Positions 40,224 to 52,146 of a DNA stretch of 64,000 nucleotides are shown piece by piece (the stretch's first letter is position 1; each line of letters begins with the position of its first letter). Made by a program: the position numbers and the translations under genes. The notes under the pieces were generated by a model. The model ran no database searches and was not told the DNA's origin. It was given only the letters and a program-made list of their open reading frames with translations. Origin of the DNA: Malacoraja senta (Eukaryota); assembly GCA_038087875.1 (NCBI GenBank), contig CM076000.1, forward strand, positions 1,178,001 through 1,242,000, in the 5' to 3' direction.

Positions 40224-41594
40224 TAGAGCCAGGATTTTGTCATAAATGCCATGTGCCTTTTCATGCCTTTTTTTGATGATTTCAGGAAGATAATGCCTTT
40301 CATGAGTGCCTAAATCAGCCTTTTTTTCTCTTGTTTCCTCTTGTAGCTTCTGATTTCTTGCAAGCCCTTCCACACTGAAGAAGAGTCATTTGCTGAGAAC
40401 TTGCTCCTCAACTTCTCCGTACCTTTCCTTGGCAGCTTTGATTCCTCTTCTCAGCTTGTACTTGGCCTGCCTGTAGAGGTCTGCATCCCCGCTCCTGTAG
40501 GATCTACCCCTGCAAGCGTCAAAATGCCTGAAGTCAAGTCAATGCCTTGTAAGAAACTGAACGATTTGGTGAGAGTGTACGGGAGTGATATATTCTCTAC
40601 AGACAACTGCGTGCAGTTTTGCCAAGCATGTGAGAAAGTAGTGAATTATGAGAAGAAATATTTCATCTCCCAGCATGTACAGACAGCTAAAACAAAAGTC
40701 GACGGCAGAGAAACTGAAGGTAGGAAATACGCAAGCTTGTCTCCTCACAACATTTACTGCTGGCTCCAATCGCAAATCTGAGTTTGAGTGATCTGTGCAA
40801 AGCATTCATTGATGCTGGAATTCCACTGTTGAAATTGGAAAACAAATCTCTCAGAGTTTTTTTAGGGAAATACACAAAGGAACCTATACCGAGCGAGTCA
40901 TCATTACAGAAAAATGATGTTGACAGCAACTTCAACATTGTTGCGCAGAAAATTAGAGATCAAGTTGCATGCATCAAAATATGGATCTCAATCGACGTGA
41001 CCACCGGTAAACTGGAGGCAGATCAACCATCAAAGGAGTATTTCTTGACATTGGAAGTATTGGAGAAGTCAAAAAGCACAACTATTGTTCAGTTGTTTAC
41101 ATCTTCACTTGCTGTACTTTGTACTTAAAGTTCCTGGCGATGTAGGTAAAGACATACAAGGAAAATGTGAGAGGGGGATTTTAGCTAACTAAGATCTTGA
41201 AGAAGTACAAAACATAGCTAAATTTCTCAAAGGTAGTTGTAATGCACAAGATATCAACATGAATGTAGAGTTTGTAGCTTGTTTCAGGAATGCACCAGTG
41301 ACCTCAGCTCGGGTAGAAAGAAGTTTTTCACAACTGAAGCATATTCTGTCTGACAGACGGCATAGTTTAACACCAGATAATTTGAAAAAAATGCTAGTAG
41401 TTATGTGCAACCAGGCAATAATGTAGTATACCTTTATAATTATCATTTTTAACCATATTTTGGTGGTGGAAATACATGCCTTTTTATGCCTTTTTTGGTC
41501 AATAAATGCATTTTTCGTGCCTTTTTTGTAATTTTATTTTGCCTTTTTGCCTGCCTATTTCAGAGATTTTTAGCGCCTAAGCATCCTGGCTCTA
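40224..41594 (+). mobile_element. Internally deleted hAT transposon, CGGBP1-like transposase remnant
   Basis: TIR TAGAGCCAGGAT..ATCCTGGCTCTA; flanks CAGATGAC/CAGATCTT (5 of 8 match); tgccttt subterminal repeats; ATG at 40524; FSTDNCVQFCQACEK..ISQH, DLCKAFIDAGIPL, KIWISID, APVTSARVERSFSQLKHILSDRRH. Confidence 0.87.
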
Positions 41595-41769
41595 CAGATC
41601 TTGCTATTGAATTGGTAAATATATATAATGGAATACATGTCAACATTCTCAGTAAAGCTGCAAAATTTATATTACCCAAGAAGGACATCAATTTTTCTTT
41701 ATATTCATTTTTGAGCTAAAGGTTCAAGAGGATTTTTAGATTCCAGCACTTTAATCTATAATGACAGAA

Positions 41770-42200
41770 GATTCTTATAAGCAGAGTTATCAACCCAAAA
41801 TACTCAGTCACAGACAGCTCATTTCATGGCAAGACTAACAGGTATCAAGGAGACCAAAGGGCACCTTTCACCAGCTTGATAATCTTCCAGCAGCAGTTGA
41901 TGTTCATTTCAGTGCACGTCCCTGGGAACCGCCCATAGAGCAGAGTCCCGTGTTAATGCAGCTGTTTGGAATGAATCTCAATAAAGACCATTAAATCTTC
42001 TTCCAGACCTTCTCAGCAAGTACTTGTATGACTATGCCACATCCGTTTGCATGTTCTGACAAATGACCATGACAATTTTCTTGGATAACCATCACACAGA
42101 ATGCATGGCTCATTTTCCTCCACAGCCTCCTCTCCACAGGCCTCGAGAACATTGCGTGCAGACTGCTCCCTAATTAAGTCATAGCCAAGGTTGTTCAACT
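41770..42200 (-). mobile_element. Tx1-like LINE ORF2 C-terminal remnant
   Basis: QSARNVLEA..LLYGRFPGTCTEMNINCCWKIIKLVKGALWS, which I recognise as a Tx1 C-terminal pattern; boundaries approximate. Confidence 0.65.
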
Positions 42201-43086
42201 TCATAAAGTTTGCTGGAAAGAACAATAATATTGAACCAACCAACAGAAAGGTACATAGTTAAACTTCAACAGGGTTAGACCAGTTCTCAGCAACAGAGAC
42301 AGGTTGAACAACACACAACTCTCTCCCATCTTTTTCTGGAGATTTGCACATCTAGTCTCTGCACACAATTGATTTGCAATCTCCAATTAAAATGGAATTG
42401 TCTCAGGTGACTAGTGCAGCACAGATGTGGGATATGGACACACCTGTGCTATATCCAGCAACAGAGCTCCTTGAGAAGAAACATCACTCCGACAATCCCA
42501 GCATCCACTTCCAGTCCATCATCTTAGTGCACGTCCTGACTTTACTAACCATTTTCTGAGCCATTTTGGGGACATACTGCAAAAATCTACATTAATCTAT
42601 GGAATGAATTAATTTAGCTTACACCCCCTTTTTAATGGAGTATAGAGAAATCAATCCTACCAGCTGGATGCATTATGCACACTTCGCCACAACTCGCCCA
42701 TTAAGTGTCCACTCCCAAAAGGTTTAGTTGCTTTGAAGGAATGATGAACCTGTCAGCACATCCACAGATAATGGTTTATTCACATTTTCCCCACATAAAT
42801 TGAAGATAGGAAGTTCAGGGAGGTTGAGTTATCCACGGTCTTGAAAAATAGACTGTAGAACGCACAGGGTCTGTGCACTTTTCATAACATTTCCACACTT
42901 TCTGAGAGTGAACCATATCTTAATGTTGTCCTTGATGGTTTCACACCAATGCATTATGGAATCACAGTGGGACTTCACAGGTTTTCAACTTGCATAATGC
43001 TGTTCAGGTTCCTTGTCGTTCTCTGGAGACTGTTTCGTCCTCAGGTTCCACATTTCTACCCACCATTCTAAATTTCTCAAGGAAAT

Positions 43087-44841
43087 TGAAGACAGAAACA
43101 GGTGAATTTATTATGGGGTACAAGGAAATGACAGACGAGTTGAACAGGTACTTTGCATCTGTCTTCACTAAGGAAGACACAAACAATCTCCCAGATGTAC
43201 TTGTGGCCAGAGGACCAAGGGTGACAGAGGAACTGAAGGGAATTCACATTAGGCAGGAAATGGTGTTGGGTAGATTGATGGGACTGAAGGCTGATAAATC
43301 CCCAGGGCCTGATGGTCTGCATCCCAGGGTACTTAAGGAGGTGGCTCTAGAAATTGTGGACACATTGGTGATCATTTTCCAATGTTCTATAGACTCAGGA
43401 TCAGTTCCTGTGGATTGAAGGGTAGCTAATGTTATCCCACTTTTTAAGAAAGGAAGGAGAGAGAAAACAGGGAATTATAGACCAGTTAGCCTGACATCGG
43501 TGGTGGGGAAGATGCTGGATTATAAATTACAATTATAAAAGATGAAATAGCAGCACATTTTGATTGCAGTAACTGGATCGGTCCGAGTCAGCATGGATTT
43601 ACGAAGGGGAAATCATGCTTGACTAATTTTCTGGAATTTTTTGAGGATGTAGCTAGGAAAATGGATGTAGTGTACCTGGACTTTCAGAAAGCCTTTGATA
43701 GTCCCACAGGAGATTAGTGGGCAAGATTAGGGCACATGGTATTGGGGGTAGGGTACTGACATGGACAGAAAATTTGTTGGCAGACAGGAAACAAAGAGTA
43801 GGGATGAACGGTTCCTTCAGAATGGCAGGCAGTGACTAGTGGGATACCGCAAGGCTCGGTGCTGGGACTGCAGCTATTTACAATATACATTAATGATTTA
43901 GATGAAGGGATTAAAAGTGACATTAGCAAATTTGCAAATGACACAAAGCTGGGTGGCAGTGTGAACTGTGAGGAGGATGCTATGAGGATGCAGGGTGACT
44001 TGGACAGGTTGGGTGAGTGGGCAGATGCATGGCAGATGCAGTTTAATGTGGATAAATGTGATCCACTTTGGTGGCAAGAACAGGAAGGCAGATTATTATC
44101 TGAATGGTGTCGTTAGGAAAAGGGGAAGTACAACGAGATCTGGGTGTCCTTGTGCATCAGTCACTGAAAGTAAGCATGCAGGTACAGTAGGCAGTGAAGA
44201 AAGCGAATGGCATGTTGGCCTTCATAACAAGAGGAGTTGAGTATAGGAGCAAAGAGGTCCTTCTGAAGTTGTACAGGGCCCTGGTGAGACCACACCTGGA
44301 GTATTGTGTGCAGTTATGGTCTCCAAATTAGAGGAAGGACATTCTTGCTATTGAGGGAGTGCAGTGTAGGTTCACGAGGTTAATTCCCAGGATGGCGGGA
44401 CTGTCATATGTTGAAAGATTAGAGTGACTGGGCTTGTATACACTGGAATTTATTAGGATGAGAGGGATTCTTATTGAAATATATGATTATTAAGGGATTG
44501 GACATGCTAGAGGCAGGAAACACGTTCCTGATGTTGGGGGTCCAAAACCAGGGGCCACATTTTAAGAACGGTAGGCCATTTAGAACGGATATGAGGAAAA
44601 AAAAATTCACCCAGAGAGTTGCGAATCTGTGGAATTCTCTGCCTCAGAAGGCAGTGGAGGCTGATTATCTGGATGCTTTCAAGAGAGAGTTAGCTAGAGC
44701 TCTTAAAGATAGCGGCGTCAAGGGATATGGGGAGATGGCAGGAACATTGATGGCATTGATTGTGGATGATCAGCTATGATCACAGTGAATGGCGGTGCTG
44801 GCTCAAAGGGCCAAATGGCCTACTCCTGCACCTATTGTCTC
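43087..44841 (+). mobile_element. CR1 LINE ORF2 RT region, frameshifted
   Basis: [42 protein letters not shown]..; 3' tail. Confidence 0.95.
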
Positions 44842-46691
44842 TAATAGAAAAGGCTGCAGCTCCAAAAATGTACCTTCCATTTCAGTTTCAACACAGAAAC
44901 AAGTGTTTGTATCAAGTCTGCATTCGTATTTCATCTGTATCAGGCACCAAATGCAACAAGGGATATCCTGTTCATTTTCTAGAACCTTTATTATTCCTCT
45001 CATATTGTTCAGTGATTATAAAACGCTTTGGGAAGATGTTAAACTCGGAAAGAGATTAGATAAATACAATTTCTCTTTCACGTAGGGACCCCAATGTCCT
45101 CCAATTAACAGTTTCGAAAAATGGCCCATTGTTTTTCTTCTGACCTCCAATTTAATATCATGCCGCCACGTTCCATTTACCCTGTTACCAAGTTCAAACA
45201 ATTGAAATTAGCCACTCCTAAATCACCATAACCTTGAATGTTTTTAAATCGTCACTCCTTAAATCTTTTCTAGCAGGAAAGACCCTTAAATATCTGTAAC
45301 TCTTAAATGCCTGGTAGTTTCTAAAATTAATCAACCTTGCAATTCCAAGATTTCATAATCCTTCCTATAAATGGTAAAAAAAAATGAAATGTGACATATC
45401 TAATCTGCGACTCTTTTAGCTAATATGGCATGCTTCTATTTCGATTAAGTAGCATGCACTCAAGCTCATATGAAAATAAAATGTGCATCATATACAAGTA
45501 CAACACTTCAACAAGACAGTCACTCATATTCATGAGGCATTTATTAAGTCAGGGTGCTCAGTTTCAATGAAAACTTCTCACCTCAAAACACTCGCTATAA
45601 AGATTGCTGCTTCCAAAACCTGATACCTTCAAATTATTTACTTTGAAATGGAGACTGCAAGCTAAGCAGAGCATTGTAACCTAATGAAGTTCACTTTATT
45701 GCTTTGGTTTAACTTCTCAGAATAGATTTAATTTCTACTATATAGAATTAGTTTTTATAGATTTAATCTCCAGCTGTTAGCTGGAGTCTATTATTTTAGA
45801 GTCAGTAAGCGAGGTGAAGAAAATGCAGTGGTAACTCCTCCAACCAATGCGAGAATTGAATTTTAATTAGTGCTTGAGAAAGATTGTTGTGTGCAATTTA
45901 GTTATTGCATTTCCAACAATTTAATGCATTTTAAGATGTTCTTTATTTATCAAGGGTTCACTGGCCGAACAAAAACAAAACAAAAAAAGGCAGACGAAAA
46001 AGGTCCACAGAAATAGATCAGGCTCTGATTCTGATCAATATTCTCCAACATGCTCAGCAAAAGATTCAGAGGTTGATTAGAACCAATGAAAAAATTAATC
46101 CAATGTAGACAGTGAAGGGGAAGATAAACAATTTAATGAGATCAATTGATTTGTTTTCTCAATCTTCAGTTTAGCCTGCCATTTTGTGACTCTGCTTACC
46201 AGAAAACTGGTTGAATTTTGCAGCCCGACACAAGGATTGGATAGTTTCTGGTTTAATAAAACTGTTTAATGGCAGTGTAACAAACAGAAATAATTGTCCT
46301 TTCGTGTCTTGAGTATTAAATATACAGATTTCTTTTTAAATTGTGCCTCAGGAAACAATGTACACTGCAATAAATCCAAATCACTAAACCTATGTGGAAC
46401 TTTCATTAGAAAACAATTTGGACATTTAAAAAAATATGCATAAATATATCACACACTCAGGTTCCAAAGTAAGTTATTAAACATGATTTTACATCTGCTG
46501 TGACCAATAAAAAATGCAGTGAGAGAATTATATGGGAAGACATGAAAAAAATTCAGCAATGCAATGTAAAAAAAAATCTGGCCTAGATCTCATAGCAGCA
46601 CTATATAAAATTAGTCATTGATAGTCCTATCCTTTTTCCCCATGGTGGAAAAGTCAAAGATTAGAGGGCATAGCTTTAAAATTTAAAGGAG

Positions 46692-47555
46692 ATTTTATTT
46701 TATTTTATTTTATTTCTTGTCATTTGAACCTCAAAGAGGCTCAAACGAAACTCCGTTTCCACAGCCATACAAACAAAACAATTCTTACATGACACACAAA
46801 CAATTCAATTTACAGAAAAACATCCATCACAGTGAATCTCCTCCTCACTGTGATGGAAGGCAAAGTCATTTCTCTCCCCTGCACCATTTTTCTCCCGATG
46901 TTGAAGCCCCAGGCGGGCAATGTTAAGTCCCACGGCCGTTGAGGCCGCGCCGGGCGGTATACAGCTTTGTTCCGGGCCCAAAAGTCACAAAGTTGGAGCC
47001 CCGGCGGGCGCTGGAATGTCCCGCGGCTTTAACATTAAAGCCGCGCCGGGCGATTTACGGCCCCGCTCCGGGTCGTTCCAACCCCGCGACTCGAGCTGGA
47101 GAAGTTGCGTTGCAGGAGCTCCGGAAAGCGGTCTCTCACCCGGACCCGCGAGCTCCCGATGTCCCAGTCCATGGGTCTGCAGCTGCAGCTGGAGCTCCGG
47201 AGTGAGCAGCAACGAGTCACCACCGCTCCCCGCGCTCTGAGGACGGCCATCCCCACGATGGTAAGTCCGCAGCTCCACAGGCTCCGCGACTGGAGCCCCC
47301 AGGTCGTCCCGGTCGGAGGCCGCTCCACGGAGCTAGGCCCCAACGACAACGGAGACCCGACAGGGAAAAGGTCGGGTCTCCCGTGCAGGGAATAGATTTT
47401 TTTTAAAGTTTCCCCCTCCCCCCACATATACACAATTAAAACAGTACAAAAAAAACAACAACAAAAAACACAAACAACTACATTTAACTAGACAAAAAAA
47501 AAATAAAAGACAAAGACGGGCTGTAGGGGCCGCTGCAGTAATCCGCGCCGCCGCC
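46692..47555 (-). mobile_element. GC-rich non-autonomous retroelement (same family as 9985-10815), inserted in an old CR1 3' end
   Basis: Shared ccctgcacgggagacc..gtcgggtctcc..gggcctagc..cgtggagcggcctcc; (attttt)n tail; CR1 remnants on both sides. Confidence 0.78.
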
Positions 47556-47827
47556 GTACGTGGGTAAATTATTTTTGTTACGCAGAGGATGGCGGGTACC
47601 TGGAACGGCTTTTAGATAAGCACGTGGATATGCAGGAAGTGGAGGGATATGGATCATATGCAGGCAGACGAGATTAATTTATCTTGGCATCATGTTTGGT
47701 GCACATATTGTGCGCCAAAACGTCTGCTCCTGTCATATCTCATGTTCTAAAAGGCACATAAATTCTTTGAGGCCATTTTAAGTTAAATAACTCCTTCAAA
47801 ACTTTAAAATAAGTTGTACAATTATAA

Positions 47828-48123
47828 AGGGCCTGTCCCATGATGCGAGTTCACCCAAGAGCTCTCCCGAGTTTAAAAAAAAATCAAACTCGTGGTACCT
47901 CGTCACGAATATTTTTTTACTCTCGGAAATTTTTCACACTGTTGAAAAAACTTCACGAGTTTCCGTGTTTCCCAAGTACCTGCCGTTAGCATTACGAGCC
48001 GCTACGAGACATCCAAGAGCTCCGACGTACCCGCTATGTACATTCTACGTACTTACCACGAGTTTGATTTTTTTTTAAACTCGGGAGAGCTCTTGGGTGA
48101 ACACGCATCGTGGGAGAGGCCCT
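47828..48123. mobile_element. PIF/Harbinger-type MITE (296 bp)
   Basis: TAA|AGGGCCTGTCCCA..TGGGAGAGGCCCT|TAA with long inverted arms. Confidence 0.9.
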
Positions 48124-49574
48124 TAAGGAAGACTACGAATGAATTGGCAAAACTGATACTTTTAGAAAACTACTACACACACACACACACACAGAGTAAG
48201 TGACGTGGGTAGGCAAAAGGAATAACATTCTCTTTTTTCAGGCCAATCTTGAATAAAAATGTAATTGGTTTGCCACAGAATTAAATTAAAATATAGTTAC
48301 TGAGAACTGTCACAGCACAAGTGAAACTACAGGCACCAAATTTTTGAACAATCTAGACTTGGAAAGAATGAAAGAATCTACTTACTTACCATGGCACAGG
48401 AAACTGCCATTCAGCCCATCCAGCTCATGTTGGCTTTCAGCAGAAAAATCCTATTCCAAGGCTCCCTGGATCAAAGAAGAACTGACTATGCAAATTCCCC
48501 CATAGAACTCAAAATACATGCAAATAATGACAGTAAAAAAAGTGCCAAGTGTAATTGGTCAGTTTCTCATAAAGTTTTCAATAAAACATTGAATATTTTT
48601 GCTCAAAATATCTGTACAAACAACTAAGAGTTTAAACTGTGGCTTGATTAAAATAATGTCAGAGAAATGTCTTTGCCTTTGCTGGTGCTCTTATACTAAC
48701 TTGACAGTATCTGTTGAAACTGGCTGCAAATGTGCGAACTTCTGGTGTCATTTCGCCCACTTGTTTTTCCCGATTGAGAAATTGTTTCTCCTCTTTTTTA
48801 TCTCCCTTCAAATCAGAATCGGATCGGTTCGAAGTGCACAAACCTTTACAAAGTATGGCAAAGAAGTCAGGAACGGTACCCACCTGCATCCCAGGGAGTG
48901 CTCATAATCCCATTCCTCTTTTCCCCGGTAGCCCTGCAATTTATTCTCTCTCACAGGACTTGCCCATCAACCCCCTCCCAAGTTATTTTGTCACTCTCCT
49001 GTACAAAATGGGTAATTTACCAGCACATCTTTAGGATATGGGTGGAAGCTCAGTTTTCAGAAGACAGCATTTAAACCAGTCTAAGCCTGGGTCTCGGTAG
49101 ATGCACGGCAGCAGCATTAACTGCTGCGTCACCTTGCGACCATCCTGCCAGCAGCCTGGAGATAAAATAGTATCTTGCTGAGAATGTTTAACCATTACAA
49201 AATATGGCAAAGATGTGCTAAATGGATAGGAGAGATTAGCAGATGTAATATCTCCACAATTTAGATTCTGTGGAATCAGAAGACAAATTCAGGTTTCAAA
49301 TAAGTGCAAAAAAACTTTTACCATTTCATAAAACAAAAAATAAAACAAGGCAATAAGTGGCTCCAAATATTTTTTTTTCCTTCTAATTTTGCTTAAAATG
49401 TGATTGTAAATTATTCTTAACACACTTGCCCGATTGCTTTTGATGAAGAAAGGAAAAGGTCACTGCTGGCAATATGGTAAAATACTACAACCCTAATCTA
49501 CCAAAGTAAGTGCAATAGAGTCAGGGTCCTACGGTACAGAAACAGGTTCAACATCTATAAAAATCAGTAAAAGG

Positions 49575-50430
49575 AGAACTTCAATATTGCAACAGAATCT
49601 GGATCAGTTGGGCCAAGGAATGGTTAATGGGGTTTAAACACTGAGAACTGCGAGCTGCTGCATTCTGGGTAGTCTACCCAGGGCAAGACCTGCACAGTGA
49701 AAGGCGGGGCTCTGGGTAGTGTTGTAGAGCAAAGGGATCTCGGGGTGCAGGTACATAGTTCCTTGAAAGTGGCGTCACAGGTAAATAAAATGGTCAAGAA
49801 GGCTTTCCCCACATTGGCCTTCATTAGTCAGTGTATCAATTATAGAAGTTGGGAGGTCATGTTATTGTTGTACAAGATATTGAGACCACATGTAGAATAT
49901 TGTGTTCAGTTTTGGTCACCTGTTATAGAAAAGATGTTGTTAGGCTGGAAAGGGTTAGAGAAGATTTATGAGAATGTTGCCAGGACTCGAGTACCTGAGC
50001 TATAGGGTGAGGTTGAGCAGGCTAGCACTTTATTCCTTGGGGCGCAGGAGGATGAGGGATGATCTTACAGAGATGTATAAGATCATAAGAGCAGCACATT
50101 GGGTAAATGCCGACTTCTTTACCCAGCTTTGAGGAATCTAGAACCAGAGGACATTGGTTTAAGGTAAGGGGGGGAAATATTTAATAGGAACCCGAGGGAC
50201 AACTTTTCTTTTTAAACTTTACACAAAGGGTGGTGGGTATATGGAACCAGCTGCCAGAGGAGGTGGTTGATGCAGGTGCTATCACAACTTTTAAAAAACA
50301 TTTGGACAGGTGCATGAATATGATAAGTTTACAAGAATATGGGCTAAAGAATATAGGCAGGTGGGACGTATAAATGGGGCATGTTAGTTGGGAATGCGCA
50401 AGTTGGGCCAAAGGGCCTGTTTCCTGACCC
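49575..50430 (+). mobile_element. Decayed CR1 3' fragment (second subfamily)
   Basis: [31 protein letters not shown]. Confidence 0.88.
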
Positions 50431-50562
50431 AATGATCTAATGTCATTGGTGCACCTAAATAAACGATTTTAAAATATGTTGTCCTCCTAAGAAAACATTA
50501 AAAAGTAGTATTTACTTCTTTCCAATAACATATATTAATTTTGTTTATGGGAAAGATTTGGG

Positions 50563-50785
50563 TGGCAGTGGCGCAGCTGGTAGAGCACCAGAGACCTGGG
50601 TTCGATGCCGTCCTCTGTGTGGAGTGTGTAGATTTCCTCCAGTTGTTCAGATTTTCTTCCACACCATAAAGACATGTGGGTTGTAGATTAATTGGTATCT
50701 ATACATTGCCAATATTGTGCACGAGTGGGTAAGATTGGTCGGCATGGACTTGGTGAGCCAAAGGGCCTGTTTCCATGCTGTAATT
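50563..50785 (+). mobile_element. tRNA-derived V-SINE, decayed
   Basis: gtggcgcagctggtagagc..gggttcgat..gggcctgtttccatgctgt. Confidence 0.75.
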
Positions 50786-50825
50786 TGAAACAAAGATTCA
50801 TTTCAAGGCAAAGCTCTGATTGGAA

Positions 50826-51700
50826 TAGACAATAAACAATAGGTGCAGGAGTAGGCCATTCAGCCCTTCAAGCCAGCACCATCATTCAATGTGATCATGG
50901 CTGATCATCCACAATCAGTACCCTATTCCTGCCTTCTCCCCATATCCCCTGACTCCGCTATCTTCAAGAGCCCTATCTAGCACTCTCTTGAAAGTATCCA
51001 GAGAACCGGCCTCCACTGCCCTCCGAGGCAGAGAATTCCACAGACTCGCAATTCTCTGTGTGAAAAAGTGCTTCCTCATCTCCGTTCTAAATGGCTTACC
51101 CCTTATTCTTAAACTGTGGCACTTGGTTCTGGACTCCCCCAACATCAGGAACATGTTTCCTGCCTCCAGCATGTCCAAACTCTTAATAATCTTATATGTT
51201 TCAATAAGATACCCTCTCATCCTTCTAAATTCCAGAGTATACAAGCCCAGCCGCTCCATTCTCTCAGCATGCAACAGTCCCGCCACCTGGGAATTAACCT
51301 TGAACACCTACACTGCACTCCCTCAATAGCAAGAATGTCCTTCCTCAAATTTGGAGACCAAAACTGCACACAATACTCTAGGTGTGGTCTCACTAGGGCC
51401 CTGTACAACTGCAGAAGGACCTCTTTGCTCCTATACTCAACTCCTCTCGTTATGAAGGCCAACATGCCATTCGGTTTCTTCACTGCCTGCTGTACCTGCA
51501 TGCTTACTTTCATTGACTGATGAACAAGGACTCTCAGATTCCGTTGTACTACCCCCTTTCCCCAACTTGACACCATTTAGATAGTAATCTTCCTTCCTGT
51601 TTTTGCTACCAAAGTGGATAACCTCACATTTATCTACATTAAACTGCATCTGCCATGCATCTGCCCACTCACCCAACCTGTCCAAGTCCCCCTGCATTCA
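50826..51700 (-). mobile_element. CR1 LINE 3' fragment
   Basis: [43 protein letters not shown]. Confidence 0.93.
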
Positions 51701-51877
51701 CCCATCCTGTCCAAGTCATCCAGTATTTCTTTCCCTAAGCTTTCGTGAAAGGACTCCAAGGATCAATTCACACTTGCCAGTTTACTCTCAGCAACTTCCA
51801 TCTGCACTTCATTTAAAAGATTGCTACAGAAAACCATGCTTACTGTCTTGCTCACTTTAAAAAACAAAACCCGGGTC

Positions 51878-52146
51878 GGCACGGCGGCGCAGTGGTAGAG
51901 CTGCTGACTTGCAGCGCTTACAGCGCCAGAGACTACAGGTGCTGTCTGTACGGAGTTTGTACGTTCACCCAGTGACCATGTGGGTTTTCTCCCACACTCC
52001 AAAGACCTACGAGTTTGTAGGTTATCAGGCTTGGTATCAATGTAGATTGTCCCTAGGATAGCACAATGTGTGGGGATCGCTGGTCATTGCAGACACGGTG
52101 GGCCGAAGGGCCTGTTTCAGCGCTGTATATCTAAAATAAACTAAAA
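51878..52146 (+). mobile_element. tRNA-derived V-SINE
   Basis: ggcacggcggcgcagtggtagagc..gagtttgtacgttc..gtgggccgaagggcctgtttc..aaactaaa. Confidence 0.8.

Noticed and set aside
42013..42243. EENEPCILC looked like a RING-finger start
   Set aside because: The other ligands are absent and adjacent frames match a Tx1-like LINE C-terminus.
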